Assembly: GCA_030695025.1 (NCBI GenBank)
Contig: JAUYTX010000009.1
Span: 28,081-92,080 of the forward strand
Source of the DNA: Bacteroidales bacterium
Lineage (GTDB): Bacteria > Bacteroidota > Bacteroidia > Bacteroidales > UBA932
Direction: 5' to 3'
DNA length: 64,000 nt
The notes under the pieces: model-generated
What the model was told of the DNA's origin: nothing
Seen by the model: only the letters and a program-made list of their open reading frames with translations
The model's database searches: none
Translations under genes and position numbers: made by a program
Shown: piece by piece, positions 19,526-29,879 of the stretch
Layout: each line of letters starts with the position of its first letter
How positions within the stretch are numbered: position 1 is the first letter of the stretch

Positions 19526-21109
19526 ATGAACAAAAGGATAATATTATTTATTGCGGTAGCATTTATTGCTCTTGTACCCGCAAAACTGACCGGTCAGTCA
19601 GACGAATTTAACAGACAGGTTACAAAGTTCAGCCAGTTACTGTTTTATATTAACAATTACTATCTTGACACTCTTGATAACGAAAAGCTTACAGAAGAGG
19701 CAATTAAAAGGGTATTGCAACAACTTGACCCACATTCATCGTACATTTCTGCCAAAGATGTGAAGGCTATGAATGAACCTCTTGAGGGAAACTTCGAAGG
19801 GGTGGGTATTGAGTTCTCTATCGTACGCGACACACTTACAGTCGCTACTCCAATTTCGGGAGGCCCTTCTGAAAAAGTGGGATTAAGAACAGGAGACAAA
19901 ATTGTACAGATAGATGGAAAAAATATTGCCTCTGTAGGGCTGACAAATGACATGGTATTTAAGTACCTAAGGGGACCAAAGGGCACTAAGGTTAACCTCT
20001 CCATTGTAAGAAGAGGTTTTGATGAGCTTATTAATTTTGAGGTTGTCAGAGATAAGATCCCTATCAACAGTGTTGATGCTGCATATGAGGTTTCTCCCGG
20101 GGTTGTATATGTAAAATTGAGCCGTTTTGCGCAAAATTCTGTTCAGGAGATTATAAACTCCCTGATTGAAATGAATATTGGTGTAATAAAAGGTTTTATC
20201 CTGGATTTAAGGGGTAACTCAGGTGGGTTTCTGGGGACATCTCTCGAGATATCAAATTTCTTTCTTGAATCTGGGCAAACAATTGTATATACAGAGGGTC
20301 TCAAAATTCCTACAATGACCGAAAGGGCTAAAGGAACAGGATTCTATAAAAAAGGGCCGCTTGCTGTTCTTATTGATGAAAATTCGGCATCTGCGAGCGA
20401 AATTGTGGCAGGAGCAGTCCAGGACTGGGACAGAGGTGTTGTAATCGGGAGAAAATCTTTTGGCAAGGGTCTTGTCCAGCAGATGCTGCCTATGAATGAC
20501 GGATCACAGTTGAGACTTACCGTTGCAAGGTATCATACACCATCGGGAAGGGTAATTCAGAGCCCTTATGAGGCCGGTTCTTCAGATAAATATTACAAAT
20601 CAATTCTAGAGAGATATCAGAGAGGTGAGTCTTTCAACAGAGATAGTATACATTTCCCTGATTCTTTAAAGTTTAAAACTCTTGTTAAGGGCAGAACAGT
20701 GTACGGTGGTGGAGGAATAATGCCTGATATATTTATACCCGCAGATACTTCATACTACACAAACTTTTATGGGAATCTTTTAAGAAGGGGTATTATTACT
20801 GACTTCATGAATGATTACAATGATTCAAAAAGAGAAGCTTTAAAGGCAACTTACAAAAATTTTGACACTTTCTTTAAAGGGTTCAAAATTGATGACGCTC
20901 TGATGCAGAGTCTTGTTGCTTTTGCTGCAGAGAAGGGTGTTGTGCCCAAAGATGATGAATTGAGCAGATCGAGAAGTGAAATTGAACTCTTTATGAAGGC
21001 GCTGACGGCCAGGTCACTTTTTGGTACCAACGGCTATTTCAGAGTGATTAACAACACAAACGATCAGATTTTTGCCAAGGCCCTAGAGGTTATTTCAACC
21101 GGCTTATAG
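19526..21109 (+). CDS. S41 family C-terminal processing peptidase with PDZ domain
   Basis: LDPHS, PDZ, DLRGNSGG, SASASEI, GKGLVQ and ARYHTPSGR; the ATG at 19526 is preferred over the TTG at 19517. Confidence 0.92.
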   Translation: MNKRIILFIAVAFIALVPAKLTGQSDEFNRQVTKFSQLLFYINNYYLDTLDNEKLTEEAIKRVLQQLDPHSSYISAKDVKAMNEPLEGNFEGVGIEFSIVRDTLTVATPISGGPSEKVGLRTGDKIVQIDGKNIASVGLTNDMVFKYLRGPKGTKVNLSIVRRGFDELINFEVVRDKIPINSVDAAYEVSPGVVYVKLSRFAQNSVQEIINSLIEMNIGVIKGFILDLRGNSGGFLGTSLEISNFFLESGQTIVYTEGLKIPTMTERAKGTGFYKKGPLAVLIDENSASASEIVAGAVQDWDRGVVIGRKSFGKGLVQQMLPMNDGSQLRLTVARYHTPSGRVIQSPYEAGSSDKYYKSILERYQRGESFNRDSIHFPDSLKFKTLVKGRTVYGGGGIMPDIFIPADTSYYTNFYGNLLRRGIITDFMNDYNDSKREALKATYKNFDTFFKGFKIDDALMQSLVAFAAEKGVVPKDDELSRSRSEIELFMKALTARSLFGTNGYFRVINNTNDQIFAKALEVISTGL

Positions 21110-22106
21110 CCTGCTGATATGCTCGTGCATTTCTGTTATGTTCTGTTAGACTTGATGCAAATATATGTGACCCGTCAAGGGTAGCTTTAGCACAAAAATA
21201 GAGGTAGTTGTGTTTTTTGTACTCAAGAACAGAATCTATAACTCCAGGTGATGGTAGTGTAATTGGTCCTGGAGGTAAACCATTGATTTTATATGTGTTA
21301 TATGGAGAATCAATCTCCAGGTGCCTATACAGTATTCTTTTAATGGTTGGGTCATTAAGTGCAAATTTTATTGTTGGGTCGGCCTGTAGTGGCATTCCAA
21401 TTTTTAGCCTGTTTATATAGACTCCTGCAATAACCGGGTGCTCAATTGCAAGGTTGCTCTCTTCTGCCACAATAGATGCCAAAGTTGTCACCTGAAGAGG
21501 AGTAAGCCCCAGCTCCGAAGCCTTTCTAGCTCTATTTTCATTCCAAAATCTGTCATACTCTTTCTTGAACCTCAATACCAGGTCTTTTGGTTTTATTGTC
21601 CAGTAAATTTCGTATGTATTTAAAAGAAAGATTGAAGGAAATGACTCTTTAGTGAATCCAAGTGAATCAACCATTTTAAAGTCAGTAAGGGTTTGCAGTA
21701 TCTCAAGTGAATCACACTCTGTTTTACCTGCAATAATTGAGGCCAGTTTGTCCATCGAGCGAATGTTTCCCGATAATACCAGATTGTGAGGACTTTGCCA
21801 TCCAAGACGAAAGGTTCTGACAAGCAAGCGATTATTCATGCCCTCGGTTATCTTATATCTTCCAGGTTTGATGTTTCCCTCCAGATTATAATACTTTGCA
21901 GCTTTTGAAAATCTTCTAAGGTTTATAATTCTACCTGTTTCATAAAGCTGTTCATTAAGTTTTGTTAAATCTGTATTCTGATATACAAAAATATATGATG
22001 TGCCTTCGTTTGTGTTTGATTTAAAATGAGTTGACCATACAGATAGTATCAATAGTGAGATTGATATTATGACCAACAGGAGAGTAGGGTACAGATATTT
22101 TTTCAT
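21090..22106 (-). CDS. mltG: endolytic transglycosylase MltG
   Basis: LASIVAEE, NRLKIGMPLQADPT, DSPYNTYKINGLPPGPI and YLYF motifs. Confidence 0.93.
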   Translation of the reverse strand: MKKYLYPTLLLVIISISLLILSVWSTHFKSNTNEGTSYIFVYQNTDLTKLNEQLYETGRIINLRRFSKAAKYYNLEGNIKPGRYKITEGMNNRLLVRTFRLGWQSPHNLVLSGNIRSMDKLASIIAGKTECDSLEILQTLTDFKMVDSLGFTKESFPSIFLLNTYEIYWTIKPKDLVLRFKKEYDRFWNENRARKASELGLTPLQVTTLASIVAEESNLAIEHPVIAGVYINRLKIGMPLQADPTIKFALNDPTIKRILYRHLEIDSPYNTYKINGLPPGPITLPSPGVIDSVLEYKKHNYLYFCAKATLDGSHIFASSLTEHNRNARAYQQAISRLK

Positions 22107-22107
22107 A

Positions 22108-23046
22108 TTATCTCAGTTTTATTTCATATCCGGCAAAAGGCTCATCTCCCTTTTTCATATTGTTAATCTTATAAAGAGTGCTAAGCCTTATAGCGTACTT
22201 CTGTGATATGTAATACATGGTCTCGCCTGATTCTGCAATATGTTTCGAGAGGTCTTTGTCTCCTCTCTCTCTCTTTCTCTCAAGGTAAACGATAGTACCT
22301 TCACTAATAGGAACTTCTGAATTAAGGTCGTTAAAGCGAAGCAACTCTCTTGTAAATAGATTGTACTCTTTGGCCAGAGATGAATATGAATCTCTTTCAC
22401 CTGCAATAATAAATGTTATTCCGTTTCTGTTAAGAAGTTTTCTTGCTAAGGAGAATTGATAAACATCAGAAGCGACTCTCATATCTATTTCGTACTCATT
22501 TTCAACTTGTGAGGGGCTTGGTGGAAGCTCCGAAGAGGAGCTATCGAAAAGATAAAGTCTGTAATCCTCAATTATTTTTATAAGTAGCCTTGCATAGTCA
22601 GGATTGGTCGCATATCCTGCACTCTTAAGACCATGTGCCCATGCTTTGTAGTCCAGTGGGTCAAGATCGAAAAGTATTTTATATCGCTCTCTGTATCTTA
22701 AAAATTCAGAGTGGTCTGTAAATGATCCTTCGGGATGTGAATATTTTCTGAAACATTCGTTTTTTTCGTCATCATCATGAAGGATGGTCTCTCCCGTCCA
22801 ATTATGACATTTGATTCCAAAGTGATTATTTGCCTCTCTGGCTAGGCGTGAATTACCGTCACCGGACTCAAGACATGCCTGGGCAAGAATAATGCTAGCC
22901 GGTATTCCATGGCTTTTCATTTGCCTTATTGCAAGGTCTTTGTATGTTTTAATGTACTCTTCTCTTGTAATTCTTTGGGCAAGAAGGGTGCCTGAAAGTA
23001 CTAACAGAGTGGTAAGGAGAATTAATTTTCTTGCTAAAAATGGCAT
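22108..23046 (-). CDS. GH73 glucosaminidase with C-terminal LysM domains
   Basis: GIPASIILAQACLESG, NNHFGIKC, GYATNP, and two LysM-like repeats. Confidence 0.9.
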   Translation of the reverse strand: MPFLARKLILLTTLLVLSGTLLAQRITREEYIKTYKDLAIRQMKSHGIPASIILAQACLESGDGNSRLAREANNHFGIKCHNWTGETILHDDDEKNECFRKYSHPEGSFTDHSEFLRYRERYKILFDLDPLDYKAWAHGLKSAGYATNPDYARLLIKIIEDYRLYLFDSSSSELPPSPSQVENEYEIDMRVASDVYQFSLARKLLNRNGITFIIAGERDSYSSLAKEYNLFTRELLRFNDLNSEVPISEGTIVYLERKRERGDKDLSKHIAESGETMYYISQKYAIRLSTLYKINNMKKGDEPFAGYEIKLR

Positions 23047-23064
23047 AACAGATAAACTCTATCC

Positions 23065-23083
23065 GCAAAATTACTAATTTTGC
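23065..23083. promoter_or_regulatory. back-to-back -7 elements forming a perfect inverted repeat
   Basis: GCAAAATTA-C-TAATTTTGC contains TAATTTTG on both strands, between the divergent glucosaminidase and cdd genes. Confidence 0.7.
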
Positions 23084-23104
23084 AACAATCTCAAATAAAA
23101 TTAA

Positions 23105-23584
23105 ATGGAGCAAAAGAGTATTGTTATTCATTATAATGAATATCAAAAAAACGAGGGGCTTGATATTAACGACAAAAAGCTTCTGGAATCTGCTATGGAG
23201 GCTGCCGGTGCTGCTTATGCGCCCTATTCAAATTTTCATGTAGGGGCAGCAGTTAGGCTCAGTAACGGGGAGGTGATCTCTGCCAACAATCAGGAGAATG
23301 CAGCATATCCCTCAGGACTGTGCGCAGAGAGGGTAGCAATTTTTTACGCTCATGCAAAATATCCCAATGCCTATATTGAATCGTTGGCAGTTACAGCCAA
23401 GGTTGATGGAAAACAGTGCGAAAGCCCTACGTATCCTTGTGGTGCGTGCAGACAGGTAATGGCTGAATCGGAGTTAAGAGGAGGTCACCCTATTAAAATA
23501 ATAATCGGAGGAGAAAAAATTACACAGGTTGTAAACAGCACTGATTCACTTCTTCCCTTTGTTTTCGACAATCTGCCTAAATAG
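23105..23584 (+). CDS. cdd: cytidine deaminase
   Basis: AYAPYSNFHVGAA, NQENAAYPSGLCAERVA and PCGACRQ. Confidence 0.93.
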   Translation: MEQKSIVIHYNEYQKNEGLDINDKKLLESAMEAAGAAYAPYSNFHVGAAVRLSNGEVISANNQENAAYPSGLCAERVAIFYAHAKYPNAYIESLAVTAKVDGKQCESPTYPCGACRQVMAESELRGGHPIKIIIGGEKITQVVNSTDSLLPFVFDNLPK

Positions 23585-23622
23585 TTTTTTAACTTTTCAG
23601 GAAATTGTATTACCTTTGTGCG

Positions 23623-23719
23623 GGGTAAGTCATATACGACCAGCTCCCACTGAACTCCCCCAGGATCGGAAGGTAGCAAGGGTAGGTGGTTGTAGCGGTG
23701 CGATATATTAAGCTTACCC
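23623..23719 (+). ncRNA. ffs: small bacterial SRP RNA (4.5S)
   Basis: Domain IV CAGGATCGGAAGGTAGCAAG; ends GGGTAAG / CTTACCC pair; T-tract downstream; TACCTTTG -7 element at 23611-23618. Confidence 0.9.
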
Positions 23720-23749
23720 TTTTTCTTTATAAACTACACATTCCCGGCA

Positions 23750-24955
23750 ATGAAAATAGCAGTTGGTTTATCGGGCGGAGTTGATTCCAGTGTTGCTGCA
23801 TTGATTCTTAAAAATCAGGGACACGATGTTATTGCTCTCTTTATGCAAAATTGGCATGACACTACTGGCACACTTTATGGCGATTGTCCATGGAAAGATG
23901 ATAGAGCCATAGCGGAGATGGTTGCCAGAAAACTTGACATACCCTTTCATTTTGTTGATCTTAGCTCTGAGTACAGTAAAAGGGTAGTTGATTATATGTT
24001 CAGTGAATACCAGAAGGGAAGAACACCAAATCCTGATGTGCTGTGCAACAGAGAGATAAAATTTGAGGTTTTCTTAAAAAGCGCTCTGGATCTTGGAGCA
24101 GAGTATGTTGCAACAGGGCACTATTGCAGAAAGGAGACAATAAAAAACAGTGATGGGTCAGAAACATACAGGTTGCTGGCCGGTAAAGATCCTAACAAGG
24201 ATCAGAGCTATTTTTTATGCCAGCTTACTCAAAAACAACTTTCTAAAGCTCTGTTTCCAATAGGTGATTTACTAAAACCTCAGGTAAGGGAGATGGCCTC
24301 AATTGCTGAGCTTCCATCTGCCGATAAAAAAGATTCTCAGGGTATTTGTTTTGTGGGTAAGGTTGACTTGCCTGTATTTCTACAGCAGAAACTTCACACT
24401 AAAAGCGGTGATGTAATTGAGGTTTTTCCTTCGTTTTTTGATCAAAAAGAGCAGTCTAATTATAACTTCTCAGGCTATGAAAACATTGATGATGAGTTTC
24501 TTAAATCTGCATCTCAGCCTGTCATATACACAAAGGAGTCGGGGAAGAGAATTGGAGAGCATCAGGGTGCCCATTTCTACACTATAGGGCAGAGGAAGGG
24601 GCTTAATATAGGTGGTCACAAAGATCCTCTGTTTATTATCTCGACTGATGTTAACGAAAATTTGATTTTTGTAGGTGAAGGTCAAAACCACAAAGGTTTG
24701 TTCAGAAAGGCACTTTTTATTGACTCAGATGAGATTCACTGGGTAAGACCTGATCTTAAAATGGTTACAGGAGAGGTGCGGGAGTATCTTTTGAGAATCA
24801 GATACCGTCAGCCGCTTCAAAGGGCTAAGCTTTTCATGAAAAGTGAGGGGCTGTATGTTGTCTTTAACGAGCCTCAGAGAGGCATTACCCCCGGTCAGTT
24901 TGCTGCATGGTATGAAAACGATGAACTCATTGGCTCAGGGGTGATTATGAGTTAA
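23750..24955 (+). CDS. mnmA: tRNA 2-thiouridine(34) synthase MnmA
   Basis: [38 protein letters not shown] and ITPGQ motifs. Confidence 0.96.
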   Translation: MKIAVGLSGGVDSSVAALILKNQGHDVIALFMQNWHDTTGTLYGDCPWKDDRAIAEMVARKLDIPFHFVDLSSEYSKRVVDYMFSEYQKGRTPNPDVLCNREIKFEVFLKSALDLGAEYVATGHYCRKETIKNSDGSETYRLLAGKDPNKDQSYFLCQLTQKQLSKALFPIGDLLKPQVREMASIAELPSADKKDSQGICFVGKVDLPVFLQQKLHTKSGDVIEVFPSFFDQKEQSNYNFSGYENIDDEFLKSASQPVIYTKESGKRIGEHQGAHFYTIGQRKGLNIGGHKDPLFIISTDVNENLIFVGEGQNHKGLFRKALFIDSDEIHWVRPDLKMVTGEVREYLLRIRYRQPLQRAKLFMKSEGLYVVFNEPQRGITPGQFAAWYENDELIGSGVIMS

Positions 24956-27033
24956 CTCTCTCTGAAATTTGTAATCTCTTTTGTTGGCTTGAATCCCGGA
25001 TCCGGGTAGTCAAATAGTTTGAAAACCTGCTCTGTTTCGCCTGATGTATAACTCCAGATGGAATTGTACTCTTCTCTCTTTTCTCCCATAGCCTCTATCT
25101 CTCTAAGGTATGATGATATGGATCTGTTCTCTACAATATAAACCTCTCCCATTTTATCAATCACAGGACTATGTTCCCTTGTCCTGTCGTGGTCAAAACG
25201 AAGAATTCTGCACCCCTCTTTTGTGATGCCTACCATATTAAATGTCATGCTCTTGCCAATTGCAGGAAGGTTAAGCACATTTCTGTCGGTGGGTAGAAAT
25301 GGTAGGTGATTCTCCTTCATAAAACGATTGAGTTCCGAAGCTGTGTTTATGCCTTTTTCAAAAATTGATACCAGTTCGGATTGCTTCTCTTCATTAATCT
25401 TTCCGAAGCTCTTCTCCTCATTTTGTTCCTGAATTGATCTTGAGTTTGGCGCAAACATTTGCTGATTCTCTTCAAACCCTTTGACTGTAAATGTGTAGTA
25501 TGTCACAACGCCAAGGGAATTAAGGGTTTGACGCAACTTTGCAGTGTGCCCCCTTCGTGATGCAGCAGCTGTAAAGACCAGTTGATTGGAGATTATCCAT
25601 CCGGCTGAAATAATTTCGTCTATTGCTTTTTTTGCCTCAACAGTTACCTCTAAAGGGGTCTGGAAGTGAGTCTGAATAACAAATTGCTTAATTCCGGCTT
25701 CACTGCCTTTTCTTTTGAACTCCTTAAGTATTGTGATTAGTTCAGAATCTATCCGCATGGGAAGGTAAGCAAGCAACCTGGAACCGAGGCGAACTCTCTG
25801 TATCTCATAGTATTTTTCGCCATCAGCTCTTTGTTTGTTTGCCTCTCTTTTTCTGAGAGCCATTTTATAAACGGCATCAAGTATTTTTTCGAGTACTTTG
25901 TTTCTGCTCATTAGAGCGTCGCCTCCGGTTATCAATATGTCTCTTATTTGAGAGTCAGACTCAAAGTAGTCCATTAGCTTGTGCAGTTTTCTATCCCAGC
26001 TCTCCTTTGGCTTAAGTGCTTCCAGGTCGAAATTTAGCCTTTCACTTTGGAAATCATACATTCTCTGGCATGAAGCACAAAGACCTCCACAGCTGCGTCC
26101 CCGGGTATCGGGAATCATTATAGCAACTTCGGGATATCGTCTGTGAATATTGTGGCCGTCAGGTAATAACCAGCCTGCTGCATTTGGCTCTCCGGGTACA
26201 ACCATATCTTCGCGCTCCCAAGCCTTAATGTTGCCGTAAGTTTCAATAAGTGATTCTGAATAGACAACATAGGTTCTTATGGCGTTATCGTCAAATCCTG
26301 CCTGATCTGTGTTCAACAGGGATATGTAGTAAGGAGTAATGAAGAATGGTATTTTTTTTCTTTTTGCCCTGTTTAAGAGCTTGAGTGTTCCTGTTGAGAG
26401 GCTTTCACCCAAAAATGTATTTAACTCGCCAGGACTCTTAATTGCCATTGTGAGGTGGAAGCGAAAGTCATTCCACCACTCCTCCACTTTTTTAATTTTA
26501 TCTTCATGCGAGAGCCCCTCGTCAAATTGATACCTTGATGGAAGCATCAGTTTACGGTCAATTTTTTTTACAAGTAACCTGATAATTCTCTCTTTGTTTG
26601 ATATGCGTTTTTGCCTTATTTCACGATCAAGCCCTGAAATCCATCTCTTCATATGCCTCTGGAGCTTAACTTCGGTATAAGGCTTGTTTGCCTCCATCCC
26701 TTCGGCTTGTAAAAATAGATGAAAGAGATCTTCATACAAATCAGTTACCGCGCTCTTTTCTTCTCCGTTCAAAAAACTCCAAAGCAGCGAAAAGGTCTCA
26801 ATATATATCTTCTCTCCTCTTGATAACTCTTCAATATATGATGATTCATTATCTAGCATTGTTATAAGAAGCTTGCAGGCTTCAATTGTCTCATTATTTG
26901 TGCTTTCGCTAATTTTTATAGAAAAATAGGCTTTAAGGGAAGAGACAAAGTGCTCTTCGTCGGCGGAATCGCTTGCCAGTTTGCAAAGATCTGGGAATTT
27001 ATGTTGAAATTTTCTAAGAACAATATTGGTCAT
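24952..27033 (-). CDS. KamA-family radical SAM protein, long form (lysine 2,3-aminomutase-like)
   Basis: [18 protein letters not shown] (CxxxCxxC), [10 protein letters not shown] and QTHFQ motifs; about 270 aa N-terminal extension; TAAATTTG -7 element at 27062-27069 (minus strand). Confidence 0.85.
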   Translation of the reverse strand: MTNIVLRKFQHKFPDLCKLASDSADEEHFVSSLKAYFSIKISESTNNETIEACKLLITMLDNESSYIEELSRGEKIYIETFSLLWSFLNGEEKSAVTDLYEDLFHLFLQAEGMEANKPYTEVKLQRHMKRWISGLDREIRQKRISNKERIIRLLVKKIDRKLMLPSRYQFDEGLSHEDKIKKVEEWWNDFRFHLTMAIKSPGELNTFLGESLSTGTLKLLNRAKRKKIPFFITPYYISLLNTDQAGFDDNAIRTYVVYSESLIETYGNIKAWEREDMVVPGEPNAAGWLLPDGHNIHRRYPEVAIMIPDTRGRSCGGLCASCQRMYDFQSERLNFDLEALKPKESWDRKLHKLMDYFESDSQIRDILITGGDALMSRNKVLEKILDAVYKMALRKREANKQRADGEKYYEIQRVRLGSRLLAYLPMRIDSELITILKEFKRKGSEAGIKQFVIQTHFQTPLEVTVEAKKAIDEIISAGWIISNQLVFTAAASRRGHTAKLRQTLNSLGVVTYYTFTVKGFEENQQMFAPNSRSIQEQNEEKSFGKINEEKQSELVSIFEKGINTASELNRFMKENHLPFLPTDRNVLNLPAIGKSMTFNMVGITKEGCRILRFDHDRTREHSPVIDKMGEVYIVENRSISSYLREIEAMGEKREEYNSIWSYTSGETEQVFKLFDYPDPGFKPTKEITNFRES

Positions 27034-27097
27034 CCTTTGTATAAATTTGGGGTCATTCTTACAAATTTACAAAAAAATGCCGTTTTTTCCTACTTTT

Positions 27098-27961
27098 TCA
27101 GACCATTAAAAGGGGGCTGTTAAACTTGAAACCGTTTTCAATTAGCCTTTCAGGATATGTTACCTGTCCTGAAGTCACTACCTTTGAGCCGTCTTTAAGG
27201 ATTATACCTAGAATTAAGTCCGGTATTTTAATTTTTATAAAAGTTTTGTATCGGTTAGATATTATATCTGCTAGTGCACTGTAAGTTAATGATCCCGGGG
27301 CAGTAAAATTGAATGGTCCTTCAAGCCTGTTTTCAATAATAAATAGTATTCCTCTTATAAGGTCCTCCAACGATATCCAGGAGATTTTCTGATTACCGGT
27401 ACCGAATATTATTTTAATCCCAAATTTTGATGGCAGAATCATCTTTGGCAATGCTCCTCCCTCTTTTGTCATTACCAATCCGAAACGGACAATTGCAACT
27501 CTGGCTGAACCTTTAGACCTCATTGCCTCTTCTTCCCATGCTTTGCAGAGTTCTGCCAGAAAGTCGCTACCATATTTGTAGCTTTTTTCTGTAAAAATCT
27601 GGTCTGAATCAGATTTGTATATACCGGTAGCCGAGGCACTTATAAGCATTTTCTCTCTTTTAATCCCGATTGATGACTCATGTTGAAACAGATCATTTAA
27701 GATCTCTGACAGCCTTTTCGTTGTATTAATTCTGCTTGACCAAATCTCATTTTTGTGTTTTTTAGTCCATCTCTTGCCAATATTGGCTCCGGCAAGATTA
27801 ATTATGATGTCACAGTTTTTAACAGAACCGGCATCAAACCCTCTTCCCAGTGGGGTTACTGTATACTCGTTATCAATCAAAGCCTTTGTAAGATGTCTTC
27901 CGATTAGTCCGGAAGCTCCTGTAATCCCTACATTAATCTTACTATTTCTTATCTCTTGCAT
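27098..27961 (-). CDS. TIGR01777-type NAD(P)-dependent epimerase/oxidoreductase
   Basis: ITGASGLIG, INLAGANI, RWT, SASATG, WEEEA and SWISLED motifs. Confidence 0.85.
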   Translation of the reverse strand: MQEIRNSKINVGITGASGLIGRHLTKALIDNEYTVTPLGRGFDAGSVKNCDIIINLAGANIGKRWTKKHKNEIWSSRINTTKRLSEILNDLFQHESSIGIKREKMLISASATGIYKSDSDQIFTEKSYKYGSDFLAELCKAWEEEAMRSKGSARVAIVRFGLVMTKEGGALPKMILPSKFGIKIIFGTGNQKISWISLEDLIRGILFIIENRLEGPFNFTAPGSLTYSALADIISNRYKTFIKIKIPDLILGIILKDGSKVVTSGQVTYPERLIENGFKFNSPLLMV

Positions 27962-27972
27962 TAAATTGTTTT

Positions 27973-28737
27973 TTATACTGTAATCGATAATCTGTCGTAT
28001 GCAGGTGAAATCCAGTCAGGAAGCGATGCATCCAAGTCTGAGTGAATGCCAATCTGATGTGACATGTGAGTGAGATAACATTGCTTTGGTTTTACCTTTT
28101 TTGCAATTTCAACAGCCTCATCCAAAGAGAAATGCGAAATGTGTCTCTCTCTTCGTACGGTGTTTAAAATCAGTATTGAGAGATTTTGTAGCTTGTCAAA
28201 TTCCTCATCAGGGATTGAATTAGCATCAGTTATGTAAGCAATGTCACCTATTCGAAAACCCAATATTGGCAATTTGTAGTGAAATGCCCTTATGGGTATA
28301 ACTTGTACCGTGTTAATCCTGAAGGGTGAAGAATCAATAATTCTTATATCAAATTCGGGTGCTCCGGGGTATTTATATTCGTCAAAAACGTATGAGTATT
28401 CTCTTCTTAGCGACTCCATCACTCTCTCTTCACAATATATTGTAAATGGCTCTTTTCTGATGAAATTGATTGCCCTGACATCATCAAGCCCTCCGGTATG
28501 GTCTTTATGTTCGTGTGTCAGAAGTACAGCATCAACACAGCTTATTCCTTCACGTAACATCTGTTGCCTGAAATCAGGTCCTGCATCAATTAGTAATATT
28601 GAACCGTTATGTTCAATTACTACTGATGATCTTAATCGGTTATCCTTATTATCTTTCGATAGACAAACCTTACACTTGCAACCGATAACCGGTATTCCTT
28701 GTGAAGTGCCGGTTCCCAGAAAAGTTATAGTTGACAT
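27973..28737 (-). CDS. MBL-fold metallo-hydrolase (PhnP-like)
   Basis: FLGTGTSQGIP, DAGPDFRQQ, THEHKDH, YITD and THMSH motifs. Confidence 0.88.
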   Translation of the reverse strand: MSTITFLGTGTSQGIPVIGCKCKVCLSKDNKDNRLRSSVVIEHNGSILLIDAGPDFRQQMLREGISCVDAVLLTHEHKDHTGGLDDVRAINFIRKEPFTIYCEERVMESLRREYSYVFDEYKYPGAPEFDIRIIDSSPFRINTVQVIPIRAFHYKLPILGFRIGDIAYITDANSIPDEEFDKLQNLSILILNTVRRERHISHFSLDEAVEIAKKVKPKQCYLTHMSHQIGIHSDLDASLPDWISPAYDRLSITV

Positions 28738-28803
28738 ATCTTGTGGTTTCCTGTTACGTTATATTAAAGGTAGGAAATTTTATACCTTTGCGAAAATTTT
28801 AAA

Positions 28804-29502
28804 GTGAAAGGGAGACTTTTTCTAATACCTGCTCCTCTGGGTGATGGGCATATTTCAGATGTAATTCCAGCCGGTACTGTTGATGTTATCTCCTCTCTAA
28901 CCCATTTTGTTGTGGAGGAGTTAAGAAGTGCGAGGAGATACCTCTCCAAGGCCGGGTTTAAAGGTAAGATTGATACACTTCAGTTTTATCTGTTAAATGA
29001 ACACTCCAAGGTTGAGGAGACATTTGAGATTATTGAACTTCTGAATTCGGGAACAGATGTAGGGCTTATTAGTGAGGCAGGGTTGCCTGCTGTTGCAGAT
29101 CCCGGATCAAATCTTGTTGAAAGTGCTCACAGACACAATATTGAGGTGAGACCCCTTACAGGTCCTTCATCAATATTTCTTGCATTAATGGCTTCCGGGA
29201 AAAATGGTCAAAATTTTGCTTTTATCGGATATCTTCCTGCCAAGACAGAGGAGAGAAGGGTGAAAATTAAGGAACTAGAAAAATTTGCATCCAGAAGCGG
29301 ACAAAGTCAGATAATTATTGAAACCCCGTATAGAAATGATTCTCTTCTGGCCGATTTTTTGCAGATTTGTTCAGATAGTACCACGCTTACAATAGCTTCT
29401 GAAATTACATGTGAAACCCAATTCATTAAAACAAAGAGCATTGGCGAGTGGAAAAGGCATAAGCCGGAATTAAATAAAAAACCTTGCGTATTTATATTAT
29501 GA
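28804..29502 (+). CDS. tetrapyrrole-methylase family SAM-dependent methyltransferase (RsmI-like)
   Basis: LIPAPLG, ISEAGLPAVADPG, GPSSIFLALMASG and IETPYRN; GTG start; TACCTTTG -7 element at 28783-28790. Confidence 0.85.
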   Translation: MKGRLFLIPAPLGDGHISDVIPAGTVDVISSLTHFVVEELRSARRYLSKAGFKGKIDTLQFYLLNEHSKVEETFEIIELLNSGTDVGLISEAGLPAVADPGSNLVESAHRHNIEVRPLTGPSSIFLALMASGKNGQNFAFIGYLPAKTEERRVKIKELEKFASRSGQSQIIIETPYRNDSLLADFLQICSDSTTLTIASEITCETQFIKTKSIGEWKRHKPELNKKPCVFIL

Positions 29503-29873
29503 CAGATAACAATAAAAACAGAGTAGAGCTTATAAATCTTGAGTTCTATGCATATCATGGGTGTTTCAGTGAAGAGAAGGTTATAGGAAATCATTTCAGG
29601 GTTAGTTTTTCTGCCGAAACAGATGTCGAGACTCCGGGGAAAAGTGATAAACTTGAAGATGCTCTTAATTATCAGGAGTTATACAATATGATAAAGGGAG
29701 AGATGGCTGTTCCCTCTAATCTTCTTGAGAATGTGGCTTACAGAATTTTGAACAGGGCAGGGGAGCTTTTCCCTTCAATTGCTCAGGCAGAAGTGGTAAT
29801 TTCCAAAATTAATCCTCCATTGGGGGGAAAAGCAGAATGTTCGAGAGTTGTCTCTTCAAGAAAGTATAATTAA
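29499..29873 (+). CDS. folB: dihydroneopterin aldolase
   Basis: FYAYHG, EEKVIGNHF, LNYQ, LLENVA and KINPP motifs. The ATG at 29499 (ATGA overlap with the upstream stop) is preferred over 29484. Confidence 0.92.
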   Translation: MTDNNKNRVELINLEFYAYHGCFSEEKVIGNHFRVSFSAETDVETPGKSDKLEDALNYQELYNMIKGEMAVPSNLLENVAYRILNRAGELFPSIAQAEVVISKINPPLGGKAECSRVVSSRKYN

Positions 29874-29879
29874 ACATTG

